Positions 47,601 through 60,354 of a stretch of DNA of 64,000 nt are shown here, piece after piece. Below the pieces are notes generated by a model. The model saw nothing but the letters and a program-made list of their open reading frames with translations, was not told where the DNA came from and made no database searches. The DNA is from Octopus sinensis (Eukaryota), in contig NC_043013.1 in NCBI RefSeq assembly GCF_006345805.1, positions 32,550,001 through 32,614,000 of the forward strand, written 5' to 3'. Each line of letters starts with the position of its first letter. The first letter of the stretch is position 1. The position numbers were made by a program, and so were the translations under genes.

Positions 47601-49942
47601 ACAAGAAAGTAAAGATGCCATTGGTAAAAAGCACCAGTGTACTCTCAGAAAGAAAGCGATTTACAAAAAGGGTTTTTAACGCTTTCGTTACCAACCCAGT
47701 TGAATCTGGCTCTGTAATACAAATGTCTTGGTATATTCCTAACATAAGATTAATAAGTTATTTTACTAAATTCTTTGTTATATTTAAAATAATTGAAAGA
47801 AAGAGTACCTCAAAATAAAAATGCTATCAAAAGGGTTAAAGGCTTTCCTATATACAAGCATTTGGAATTGCATTTTGATTGTCTAGGTAATTAGTTTAAT
47901 TAGCCACTGTTGAGTGGCAAAAGAAATATTTTAGAAGAGTAAAACTGAAATTAATAAAGGCATAATGCAGTTGGTGAAGGACCTAATTAGTTCAGTCTCT
48001 ATAGTTATTTGTTAGAGCAGCCAAATGTTCTCCCCAAATAACAGTGTTTAAGAAAGGGGAAAATGTCCTGGAATCCCAGAAGAAAAACACAGGTGCTCAT
48101 GGCTAGAATACATGTCCCCCAATCAGAATTAGCCTGGAGCTAAACAATCACCACAGGTACTATTATAATTGAATACTTATTCTAAGGTTCACAAATTCAG
48201 TAGCCTAAGTCAATAAAGAAGTGAGTGATTGGCTTACAGCATCACTTTGAACTGTTCTGAAAATGGTCAGGACAACAAGGCTAAGCTCTCAGAATATTAA
48301 GGTCACTTGGAAAGCAGCACAGCCCAACTGATAACTCAAGAGGAACAAGATTTCCACTGCCTATGAACTATATTGGAGTAAAAGCAGCCAAATGGCAGGC
48401 AGTCATAACTAATAGTAAAGATGCATGTGGCAGAGTCATAAAATTTGCAAGGCATCAGGAAAATGACATGCAAGAATGAAGTGAATACCACTTGATAAAG
48501 GAGTTCTCTCTATGCAAAAAGCAAGCTTTAAGGCATGTTAAATGTGATGCTGTCTGGCAATGAATGTGGGGAATTTACAGCAAAGAGGAATAAGTTGAGC
48601 ATCTATTCATGTATATTAACTAAAGATAAAACAGTATGCAGAAATATCAAGATAGATGTATATATGGAAGAGTAGATCAAGTGGGGGAAAAGTTATACAT
48701 TAGAGTTGATAATGTAAATGCTAAATCATGGAAGCACCCTAATTAGGATCAAATAGAAAAATTAAATCTGAATAACTAATGAATGTTTTCATATTCTCCC
48801 AGAAAATTATTTAACCCTTTAGCATTTAAACCAGCCAAAATAGTCTTATTTCTTTATTGCCCACAAGGGGCTAAACAGAGGGGACAAACAAAGGGATCAA
48901 GTCGATTACATCGTAACTAGTACTTAATTTATCGACCCCAAAAGGATGAAAGGCAAAGTCAACCTTGGCGGAATTTGAACTCAGAACGTAACAGGAGATG
49001 AAATACCGCTAAGCATTTCGCCTGGCATGCTAACGTTTCTGCCAGTTCGCAGCCTTAATATTCTATTTGTTTTATGTTCAAACGGGCCAAAAACCTTACA
49101 TCATTCTAAAAGTAGAACAATTCCATAATTGAAATCTTAAGATAATGCATCATTATTCTGCTTGTTTCATGCTCAAACTGACCAGATTCAGCTTCTCACA
49201 TCTACCTACAATGTCATTCTGAAAAGCAATCACATCACTGAAATATTGAAGCAATGAGATAATGCAGAACTAATTCAAAGCAACATGAACAAATAAGCAT
49301 TATATAAAAATCTGAATGCTAAGAGGTTATCTATTTCAAAACTAGCCTGCCACAGACCGATTCTGAACTGAGATAAGATTATGGTGATCCCTTTAAAATG
49401 TCTAAGACCCTTTTTAAAGTCATGTTCTAAACAGAAAAGTCAATAATGAAAGTTATTTCATTAAATTCTAAATATTTTCAAAATTTAACCTTCAGCATTT
49501 AAACTAGCCATATCCAGCCCAAATATTGTGTTCTATGTTCAAACTGACTACTTCTGGCCTCTCACACCTAACCTATAATGTCATAAAACTAAACAGCTAC
49601 AACCTTGAAACCTCAAAGTTACAAGATAATGTATGGTAAATTCTAAATAATGTGAATAAATAAGCATTATATTTGATAGAATAACCTGAATGTGAAAGGG
49701 TTAAATACTGAGGAATAAATTTCTTTAAAAATATGGTTACAAAAGCATTAAAAAACAGTAGTTAGTATTCTGCAAAGAACATAATACAGATAATCTGAGA
49801 AACTAAAACAGATTCCATCAAGGTCTCTTAGCTTCTCAAAAATAAAACAAAAATAAAGAAAACTAAGATGAAAGTTAAACATTTTATTATTTCAAAAATG
49901 TTAACCGTTTCTACTAAATTAGAATGACTGCTCTTCACTAAC

Positions 49943-49996
49943 TGTCAACGTGATTTTATGTAGTGAAATATGCCGCCAAGATGAAAGTCGCGCCAT
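49943..49996 (-). CDS. Candidate first coding exon (MARLSSWRHISLHKITLT) of an unidentified gene
   Basis: GTGATGGCG start in a CpG-rich patch and ACA|GTTAGT donor (phase 0). No homologue recognised. Confidence 0.35.
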
Positions 49997-50153
49997 CACT
50001 TATTCTTTTCACTGTGAATTACTCCACTCCAAGGCACTAGTGCCGAAGAGGTTCACTTTGGTGAGTTTTATTGTTTCGTTTTTTTTTTTTTTTTTTTCCA
50101 ATATACTTCTTACAAACTGCAATCATGCTCTGAATTAAAGATTTAACTGAAGG

Positions 50154-50317
50154 TTAAAATGCAAAAAGAATAAGGAAAGCCATCATCAAACAAAAGAGAC
50201 CCATGGCTTCTGACAGAGCAAATCCCAAAATGGCATATGAAAACAGCTGTTGTTTCAGAGATGGATTTCTGGCATAACCAATTACTAAGTTTCCAAATAC
50301 ACTTCCAATACCAGCAC
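50154..50317 (-). CDS. ATP5MC: ATP synthase F0 subunit c, last coding exon
   Basis: TTGTAG acceptor, then (G)[59 protein letters not shown] at 50072-50067. Confidence 0.97.
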
Positions 50318-50560
50318 CTACAATGAGAAAAGGGTTTTCTTTTAAATTAATCTAAAAGTATAAACAATTTAAGTCCCTAATAGTCAACCCCTAGAAGGTT
50401 GACAGGGAAAATTCTTAACACCCATATCTACATGATGTTCACACTAATAAAGTTTGGAGTTTGAAAAAAAGCCCAATGTAAACAGACTAATTTTTGGCTA
50501 TCTAATTAAAATGAGTTTAAAGAGATGGGGACTAGATAGGGTGTAATTTAATTCACTGAC

Positions 50561-50657
50561 CTGAACCTGCAGCCCCAACTGTAGCTGCTCCAGCACCAAT
50601 GTATTTTGCTGCCTGATCAATATCGTTTCGTACAGAGCTGGTCTGGAAAAATCGTAC
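50561..50657 (-). CDS. ATP5MC: ATP synthase subunit c exon containing the presequence end and mature N-terminus
   Basis: CAACAG|GTA..VRFFQTSSVRN-DIDQAAKYIGAGAATVGAAGS G|GTCAGT. Phase 1 matches the last exon. Confidence 0.97.
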
Positions 50658-51993
50658 CTGTTGCAGTAGAAAATTAATCAAATATGTAGCATGAGCCAGG
50701 TGAGATGATAAATCTATGCTTAAAAAATGAGCAAAGAATAATTGCAAAGAAAAAAAAAAAAAAGAAAAAAAAAAGAGTAAAGCATGACAAACCTGGTTCT
50801 GAATTATTGAAAGCATTTGTGATTGTGAAATAGAAAAGCTAGTGCAGCTAGCCAATGGCACAAGAGATTGAGACTGTGAGTTCTGAAAAATAAAATAAAA
50901 AAAAAACTATTTGTAATGATTTAGATCGAGAAGATGCATCAAGCCAAGTAAAATTTCTGTCATCCATACATACAAGCTTGTCCTCTACAGGTGCCAGCAC
51001 CACGTAACATCGGTGTCAGCCATAAATGCTGGCTTGTCCTTTACAGGTGCTAGTACCATGTAAAATACATTCATGCCAGTGCTGTGTTAATGCAGCCACC
51101 ACACACTGTAAAGTGGTTGTTGTTAGGAAGGGCATCCAGCCATAGACACCATGCCACAACAGGCAATTTGGAGTCTGAACAGCACCTGTCAAACCGTCCA
51201 ACCCATGCCAGAATGGAAAACATGAACAATAATGAATACATTGTTAAAATCTATGTAATATACAACTTCACACCTATTGAATATCTACATGTAAGACCCA
51301 CATGTTATTTGATCACAGCATGTTAAAATATTAACATAAATTAAGTATAAAGGTTTATGTCAACCGTTCAAGGGTGACGAAAGGCGGCGAGCTGGCAGAA
51401 ACGTTAGCCTGCCAGGCGAAATGCTTAGCCATATTTTGGGTTCAAATTCCACCGAGGTTGACTTTGCCCTTCATCCTTTCGGGGTCAATAAATTAAGTAC
51501 CAGTTATGCACTGGGGTTGATATAATCGACTTAATCCGTTTGTCTGTCCTTGTTTGTCCTCTGTGTTTAGCCCCTTGTGGGTCGTAAAGAAATAGGTATT
51601 TCGTTTGTCTTTATGTTGCGAGTTCAAATTCCACTTGCCTTTTGTTCTTTTGGGATCAATAAATTAAGTACCAGTTGAATACTGGAGTCGATCTAATTGA
51701 CTGGCCCCTTCCAAAATTTCAGCCCTTGTGCCAAGAATAGAAGGGTGATGAACAGATTTAATTTTGATTCCCAACTCAATTTGTGCTTTGACCTCAAATG
51801 TGTAAACATCAAATATGAACAAGGGGGTGGATGGGGGTGAAATCTATTCATAACATTGACAAAGGTGCATTAGACCACTTGTAAAGAACTATCCTCTCTT
51901 AGATGTCCCTGGGCACTGTAACATTAGTAATGCAAAATCCAACTTTAGTGGGTAACAAAAAAACTCCAAAACAAAAGTTTTAATAAAGCTTAC

Positions 51994-52053
51994 CTCTTGC
52001 ATTGGTATCACAGTGGAACCTAGAGGTCTCAGAGCCGACCTGCTGCTGGTAAG
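51994..52053 (-). CDS. ATP5MC: ATP synthase subunit c presequence exon
   Basis: Polypyrimidine TTCTAG acceptor, 60 nt LTSSRSALRPLGSTVIPMQE, GAG|GTAAGC donor, phase 0 at both ends. Confidence 0.85.
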
Positions 52054-54963
52054 CTAGAATGTAGAAAAAGAATGAAATTAAAAGATCAATAAAAATTCAA
52101 AAAGAGAATGTAAGTACAATTTAAAATAGATGGGGTGGGGGAAAATCATGCCAAATGCTAGTGACAGCAAGCTATCACCTTGAAAATTAGAAACCCCACT
52201 ACTCAAACCGCTAGAAACAGCAGCCCCCCACCATCAGTTTTTGAAGTGAGAATGAATTTACTTCGAAATTCCATACTTCATGATAAAAGAAAAGGATATA
52301 TTTTTTTTCATGTTTTAAATAATCCTTGATTACAAACAAGGGAAATTACGATTCTGAAAGTTAATTTTATATTTATGCCCAAAAGCATGTTATCTTTTTT
52401 CTTTCTAGTGAGGTATGGGTCCTTAGGAGGCGGCTGGTCCAAAATTCCGAGCGAGGTACGACTATAGAGGTTATCCTGACCGAGTACTTGCGCGACCGTA
52501 AAAATTCGAAGATATTCGAAAGCTATCATTTAACAAGTGGCCATCACGTTATGTAATGTCTGATCAATAATAATTGTCAGATTCATTTTCAGTCATGTCG
52601 CTAAATGATTATTACCGCTTAGAAAAATTTAAAGAAAATAACTAATTTATTTACTAATTAAAAAAATTACTGTCCGACCAACATAGCTGTCTTTTATTTA
52701 AAAAAAACAAACAATTAATGAGAAAATCTATTTAAAAATTCTAGTAAGACTAGTTTTAAAAATTCTTTGTCCATATTCGTTTACTGTTAGTTGTAATTCT
52801 CTCAGATATATCAAATTATAAAAATACGTCAAACAACGCAATGCGGTATGAAATTAGTCAAGATGAAGCGAATAGTGTGACCAACAACAATCACGAGAAT
52901 TTGACTTTTGTCGAAATGATTAACAGATAAAAAAAAAAAAAAATCTCAAAGTAAACTTAAGACAAGATAACTTAAGCAATTCGGTTTCTAGGACATTTCA
53001 ATGACACAGGTGAAACTGCTAATTAAAGACAAATTGTTCGAGGTGAAATTAAGGAAAAAAGGGCATTTTTAGGTGTGACCTTAAGTGACCTTCGTAAACA
53101 ACGAACGGTTTTGTTGACTGCATGGGGAAAAAGGAAAACCAAGTAAATAGCTAAGGTTTCTCATTGAACACATGACTGTTTAGGGTTAAATCTGGGACAA
53201 ATACAGGAAACCACCCCCCCCCAAAAAAAAACGAGGGAGTGAAAGACAAGTACAGAATGATAGAAAGATATACAAAAAATGCAGACAGACGAAAGACAAC
53301 GGAGGGTTACGAAATCAATAAAAATGTCTAAACCCCCTCATTGTAGGACAGATCTATAATCAAAGTTATGGCAACCGGAACCCATTTATTTTCTCAATGG
53401 TACCCGGGGTTACATTACCCAGTGTATTTTTCACTTGCAATTTAACTGCTATTTCTAGCAGATGAAGCCACCATATTTAAGACAGTTACTACATTGCCCC
53501 AAATTAAAGCTTAGCCTCTGGCAAATTCTGGATCAAGCCAACTTGGCAAAATGCATTACCAGCCAACCGTGAACATCACGTCTTTTAAAGGGGTGTTGGT
53601 GGTGTAGAAATACATTATGCAATGTGCCCTCCTCCCCCACATTTTAAGACGGTACTGCGACCACGTAGAGGCTACCTTGAAGGGAGGTTACTCTAGATTT
53701 GTGGTTAAATTATATGGAGTTGGGAGGTGACCTCAGTGGAAAAATCACTAAATGAGATTCATTAGGACTCATGGCGACAAGCATTTACACACAGAGTAAG
53801 AGGTTATATATACACAAAGACATACACACATTGGAGACATTATATAACATGTATATATAAAGGAATCTAATGTATATTCCCTATCCCCCATTGATAAAAG
53901 GTTATATAGTCAGGTTACGTTACACTGGTGAGAAAAAAATCGAAATATATTCAGCTTTCACGTAAGCATATGAAAAAGCACATTTGGAAGGAAAGTGGGA
54001 GGTAAAAAGAAAATGAATTATGTGGCATTCATGACTTTCTGAAGGGCATTGGAAAATTAACAGCATGTAATGGTAGTTTAGATTATAACCACAAAGGGTT
54101 GTGAGGTTCGTGACTTCCTCAAGGGCGTTAGATAAGCAAGATTGAACGAAAAAGCCGAGAGGGGAAACGAAACCGTGTCACACAATCTGGTCGAGACTAA
54201 AATGCTGCAGAGTACTGCCTACTACATCAACATAACAGCTTAAAATCTCTGCAGAAGAAAATAGAGGGTGTTGGGACATATATGCCCCTCCCAAGGACAA
54301 CAGATTTTTAAAGAGTAGAGTTTTTCTATTAGCAATCGAAACTGGAATCGCAGGATCAGATAAACTAGGCACTAAGAATGCACCAGATAGGGTTCATTTG
54401 GGTAATTGCTACTTGAAAAACATCTTTTATGAATATCAGAGATTTGTATAAAGGGCAAAGCGAACTGATTAAACAGAATTAAATCAAGCGATATGACATC
54501 GATTAAAAGAGGAAATTTCAGCACAAAACGTCGATCTTTTTGTTAAATATATTTCTACATAATCCTATTAGAGCAGTAAATAAGTATATTATAACAAAAG
54601 ACTACACGCGACAGGATTTAAAACAGGATGAAAGTAGAACAGTAGAAAATAGGGTGTGTGATTTGAATTAGGTGAAATATTAAGAGACAGGTATCTGAAA
54701 TAAATTGACTTGGTGTGAAGAGGTAACGATAAAGCAATGAAGGTAAGGTTAATATCATATTAGCAAAAACAATTTGCCCTTGAGGGGGAAGAAATAAAAT
54801 ATTGCTTACTAGAATGGAGGGGAAATATATATATATATAGGACCAATGAGAATATAAATTTGACCTTCAAAAGAACTGAAAATTTTCAATTGGCATGCAT
54901 TAATAATTGAGGAAAATGATAATGAATAATTGGATTTAATGAGATAAAATGTATATTACGAAC

Positions 54964-55008
54964 CATGCAGCGAGTAGCCGAGGGGATGTATCTGGTGCAG
55001 GCGTACAT
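54964..55008 (-). CDS. ATP5MC: ATP synthase subunit c first coding exon
   Basis: MYACTRYIPSATRCM resembles the metazoan M(F/Y)ACAKF.. presequence start. Donor GTTCGT; acceptor TTTTCTTCAG at 55042. The joined product is ~121 aa. Confidence 0.85.
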
Positions 55009-55266
55009 ATTTCTCAACAGTGAGTTTTACCCAAGGTAAACCTGAAGAAAATAAAAAAGAAAGAAAAAAATGCCGGCTGAAGGTTAGTTGGAGGATACAG
55101 AACAAGGGGGAAAATCCGAAGAAACTGTAATAAAAGATAGTAACTGTTATATTTTTTTCTTAAACAATTGAATGTTGAATGCAAAAGCTTTTCTAAAATC
55201 CAAGTAAGAAATAATGATGGCAAAAATTTACCAGTTAATAAGATGGATTGATCAGGGTAGCTTTAC

Positions 55267-55315
55267 CGCAGACACGACTCGACAGACTGATTGATCAAGT
55301 CAAGAGGGAGAGACC
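55267..55315 (-). other. ATP5MC: Putative non-coding first exon of ATP5MC
   Basis: Pyrimidine-rich start (TCTCTCCCTCTT) and GCG|GTAAAG donor, immediately downstream of ACGCATGCGT. Confidence 0.55.
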
Positions 55316-55900
55316 AACTCACGCATGCGTAAGACAGCTATTTCAATTCGTTTCGAGACTAGGCCTAGTTTGAGAATATTTTTTTTATTATTAATATTTA
55401 TTGTTAAAGTTGACAGATTTGTCCATGAAATTAAATGCATAGCATATATATTTAATTAAAATAAAAATAAAATATTGTCATTTTACATTTCATGACGGAA
55501 ACTCACGAATGAGTTCCGTCAACCACATGCGTAGCGGCCTGCGTGCATATGGCTACCTTGAGTCTGTAGAAGTTGGCAAATGGCGGTGTTTCTGATTAAT
55601 AACTGTCAATTTCAAGGATGCGGACTGCGATTTACGACATTAACAGAACTCATACAACATATAGAAGACACTCATTTAGGTAGGTTTTTCCGCTCCTCCT
55701 ATTTCTGTATTCTTTCCTCGGTAATAACAAATTGAACCGAGGCCCCGGCCCGACTTACGCTCAGATCCATCACTCCTTGCTTGAATCACTTCACTTGAAA
55801 ACAAGTTTGTTTACATTCACATTTCTGTTGGAAATAGTTGTACATCGTCTTTCTTTCAACGCTGTTTTGGCATGACATGCATTGTGCTTTTAGACCGAGG
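55316..55900. promoter_or_regulatory. CpG-rich bidirectional promoter
   Basis: Lies between divergent first exons. Contains the palindrome ACGCATGCGT (55321-55330, NRF1-like) and a TGACGGAAACTC/GAGTTCCGTCA inverted repeat (55493-55521). Confidence 0.55.
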
Positions 55901-55922
55901 TATATTTAATATTATTGCACGG

Positions 55923-55961
55923 ATGAGTGGCGGAGCGCAGCGGACAGATAACGGTGGTGGG
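55923..55961 (+). CDS. First coding exon (MSGGAQRTDNGGG) of an unidentified plus-strand gene
   Basis: ATG in a GC-rich context and strong GGG|GTAAGC donor, phase 0. Downstream exons not found in the window. Confidence 0.55.
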
Positions 55962-56261
55962 GTAAGCTCCCGGCGAACCGAGTCTGCGACCCGGTTTCGT
56001 TTCCTGGTTGTAAAGCTGTTGTTATTTCAATCAGTGATGTTAATTAGAAACACACAAACTTCACACAATCTCTTTTCTCTTATATACCCTCGAATCTGAA
56101 CAATTTAAGTTTGTGTACACAGAAATGATCGTCTTTACACGATCATGTCCGCAAATTGTCAACGCGACTGCTGTCTTGCAGCCAGTTCTCCGCCTTGCTT
56201 TGCTTGTTATGAAGGCGTGGTGTCTGATAGCTTTTGCCGGTATTGAACACAGCTGGTCACA

Positions 56262-56302
56262 TGTACCTATATACCTATCTATCTACCTATCTATCTATCT
56301 AC

Positions 56303-56375
<73 letters not shown>

Positions 56376-56756
56376 GCACATCTATACGTCTACACATAAG
56401 TCACACACACTTATGTATTATACACACACACACATACGCGCGTGCATCATAAACTTACATACATACTGAAATATACCCTAACAGCTGCATGCCATCCATG
56501 TCATATTACAAAAATGGCTCGACTGTCATGTTATCCAGCTCGTCTATGCAGTGTAATGTTATCATATATCCAAATTTATTAATTATATCTACTGTGTCTG
56601 CACCACCATCGCTTTCTCTGACTATCTCTATGCACGCACACACACACACACATATGTGTATGTGTGCATAGACATATGCATTACATATATATATATCCAA
56701 AGAGAGAGAGTGTGTGTGTATTGGCAAATAAATGTGCATGCACATGTTAATGGGCG

Positions 56757-56809
<53 letters not shown>

Positions 56810-56939
56810 CATGTTCGATCTCACTGTGTATATGTATGTGTGACATTTTGGGCCACTGTCTTTTACTGTCAGCTCAGGCCATCTATCTATCTATCTATCT
56901 GTCGATATCTATCAATCTGTCTATATCTATCTATCTATT

Positions 56940-57000
<61 letters not shown>

Positions 57001-57125
57001 CATACACACACACACGTGTGTGCCTAGTGACACATCTGTGTATATGTATATAGACTCGTATGGATTGGTGTTCGGCAGACATACACACACATACACTCGT
57101 ATAGTCTCTCTCTCTCTCTCTCCTC
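56262..57125. repeat. Compound microsatellite field: (ATCT)n, (CA)n, (TA)n, (CT)n
   Basis: Directly visible. It is the source of several spurious low-complexity ORFs. Confidence 0.95.
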
Positions 57126-57345
57126 TACGAGACGTCTGCTGAGCCGTTCCTCTGTCGCATCACTCCACTTGCACGCGCGCGCGCGTCCGCGCGCTCATGT
57201 TTGCACTTGACCAGGAAAGGACCGGCAGAATTTAAGCTCTCTCTCTCTCTCTTATTTTATAACCCCCCGTATCCCGGCTGGATCCCTCTCTTCGATTCGT
57301 CGCTACCACAACACGCGAGAAGGGATGATACGATGATTAATAATA

Positions 57346-57360
57346 ATGTCTGGTCATTCG
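57346..57360 (+). CDS. Candidate alternative first coding exon (MSGHS)
   Basis: ATG TCT GGT CAT TCG|GTGAGG, phase 0, downstream of a CpG/(CG)n-rich promoter-like patch (57125-57345). Confidence 0.35.
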
Positions 57361-57702
57361 GTGAGGCTACTGAATGATGCATACTATATACATGTATATG
57401 CGTGCGTGTGTGTGTGTGTGTGTGGGTGTGTGTATTGTGCGTGCATGAGCGAAACGGCTCCATCTCTTCCGTATTTCACATCTCTTCTTTCACAGCTGTT
57501 TCCTTTACATATATATATATGCCCGTGGAAAGAGAAATAGCTACAGTTAAGTACTAGACGTTTGTAAAGTGAAATAGTGTTTAAAGGGTTTATTATTTAA
57601 TTAAATCTACGTCAATAGGCTGATCGATCCGATATATATGTGTGTGTGTGTGTATCTCTCTCTCTCTCTCTCTATCTATCTATATATATATATATATATA
57701 TA

Positions 57703-57735
<33 letters not shown>

Positions 57736-60354
57736 CATACATCTATATACGTATGAAGTTGTGTATGTCTGTGTTTGCGTCACGGAAACTTAGCTTATTG
57801 AGTGATTGAGAAGTTTATCATGTCCCAGGTTCGACCTCACTGTGTGTATATATGTGTGTGTGTGTGTATGTATGTGTGACATTTTGGGCCACTATCTTTT
57901 ACTGTCATCTCTGGTCATCTCTGGCATTGCAACTGAAAACTGGGTTGACCGAAACTTTGTGTGGAAGCTCGTGGCGTGGATCGTGTTACCTTTAATTCAA
58001 GCTCTCGCCTTGTCACGTATTGTCATAGTGACTCCACCTCGAGAATTTTCATTAGCAGCACTTGATGTGGATGTTCATCCACACGTTAATTTAGAGGGGG
58101 GGGGGAATTACAATTATAAACTGCCAGAGGATCTGTCATCAATGTATATGTCTGTGTGACAGTTTCGTTGTAGAAGAGTCATTTTCAGCTCGACGCATTC
58201 ATTTTCCGGTTGTTGTCTGCAAGACAATGTCTTATGCCAGTTCGTCTGCAATACTATTCCATTTAATAAAAATGTATGTGTAAATATAGGGTCAATTACG
58301 AGTGCTTGACTTATAATGTACACCATCACACACACATATGCACATTTATAAACATATATACAATACAATGCTTCACCAAAACCACTTTATTTTTTATACA
58401 CACACCAGGTGCGGTCCCAGGAATTTTTTGAAGAGAAGGCACAAGGTCAGAAGGGAATGCAATTCTAGGAGAAAAGGGCATAATAGCATTATTTAGAAGG
58501 GCGCACTTCTTTTCTTGCGCATGTGCTCCTTAACCCCCTCCTTAGACCCACCCCTGCACACACACATGCACTTATATAAACACATTTATATGTAAGCAAA
58601 TATGTGCATGGCCGTAATTTTAACATCCACTTTTCTATGTTTTTGTGGGTCAGATGGATTTTGTCAACGCTGATTTTCTATGGTCAGATGCCCTTCCTGT
58701 CATCAACCCTCACTCGTTTCCATGCAAGGTAATATTTCCCCATTGGCCAGACATGTTTTCATGGAAGATTGGAAAGAAATGACACTGCTTGTGTGATGGT
58801 GACACTTGCATACAATTATCACATGATGTCAATCACAACACACATGATATTGCTTGTTTCCAATCTTCCTTGAAAACCTGTCAGTGTATGTATATATATA
58901 TATATGAAGCGTGGCATGTGAAAAAACATTAAAGCAAGGTTGTTGCCAGTTCCGCTGGACTGGCTCCTGTGCAGGTGGCATATAAAAAACACAATTTGAG
59001 CGTGGCCATTGCCAATACTGTCTGACTGGCTCTCGTGCTGGTGGTACATAAAAGCACCCACTACACTCTCGGTGGTTGGTGTTAGGAAGGGCATGCAGCT
59101 GTAGAAACTCTGCCAGATCAGATTGGAGCATGGTGCAGCCATCTGGTTCGCCAGTCCTCAGTCAAATCGTCCAATCCATGCTAGCATGGAAAGCGGACGG
59201 TAAACGATGATGATGATGAGATATGTGTTACCTTACTTTAAAACAAGTGTAGGTTAGAAACAAGAAGAACATCCAACTTCAGAAAATGTGCATCAAGCGA
59301 TTCTGTCTGACTCATACAAGCATGGCAAAGTGGATGCTAAAATGATAGTAATCATCATCATCATCATCGTCGTTTAACGTCCGTTCTCCATGCTAGCATG
59401 GGTTGGACGGTTCGACCGGGGTTCTGGGAAGCCAGAAGGCTGCACCAGGCTCCAGTCTAATTTGGCAATGTTTCTACAGCTGGATGCCCTTCCTAACGCC
59501 AACCACTCCGTGAGTGTAGTGGGTGCTTTTTACGTGCCACCTGCACAGGTGCCAGGCGGGGCTGGCAACGGCCACGGTCAGATTGGTGTATTTTATGTGC
59601 CACCGGCACGGAAGCCAGTCGAGGCGGTGCTGGCATCGGCCACGAGTCGGATAGTGCTTTTTACGTACCACCAGACCAGGGATCCTGGCTGGTTCAATTC
59701 GATTTCGATTTCGCTTGCCCCAACATGTCTTCACAAGCAAGGGGGTTGGCAAGGGTGCCTGTCGTACGTCGCATTGGAGTATTTTACGTGCCACGGCCAC
59801 GAGTCGGATAGTGCTTTTTACGTACCACCAGACCAGGGATCCTGGCTGGTTCAATTCGATTTCGATTTCGCTTGCCCCAACATGTCTTCACAAGCAAAGG
59901 GGGTTGGCATGGGTATGTATGTGTAAGTTTGTAGCGAACTCTAGTGAGCTTCCTCTGTTATATAACAGACATACGAATGTAGCTGGTAACAGCTAGCCTT
60001 TGGGCACTGTTTTGGACCCCATTGTGTCTACCACTCTGATTGGTTGATATTGGTACAATTTGTCTCGTACTCTATTGTGTGCCAATATACAACCCAACCA
60101 ATCACAACCTGCAAATAAATAATGTGAGACAATCTGTTCCAAGCAAGCATTTGAGCCTACCCGTCAGCTATAAAAGCTTACCTCTTCCTAGGCTCAGCAT
60201 CTGTCGGTTCCAGACCTTCTAAGGTCTAACCTCAGACCACATTGCAGCGACCTCCATCTTTGTTGCCACCACTGATGTCTCTCACCAACACACTGCACTG
60301 GTTTCTGCATTGCTGTTCATGAGCTTCTCACCAGGGTTAACAGCTTATATCTTA

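Noticed and set aside
52405-52510. U3 snoRNA, Y RNA or 18S 5'-end copy
   Set aside because: Only short partial similarities; the remaining diagnostic boxes and stems are absent.
14830-57540. ORFs rich in IYLS, YIYI, NNNN, IIII, HTHT or CVCV
   Set aside because: Translations of (ATCT)n, (TA)n, (AAT)n and (CA)n microsatellites.
37963-59996. Recurrent ORFs such as MLAWVGRF...LQLDALPNANHSESVVG (38150, 41728, 42623, 58829, 59390)
   Set aside because: Translations of one SINE family, not a paralogous gene family.
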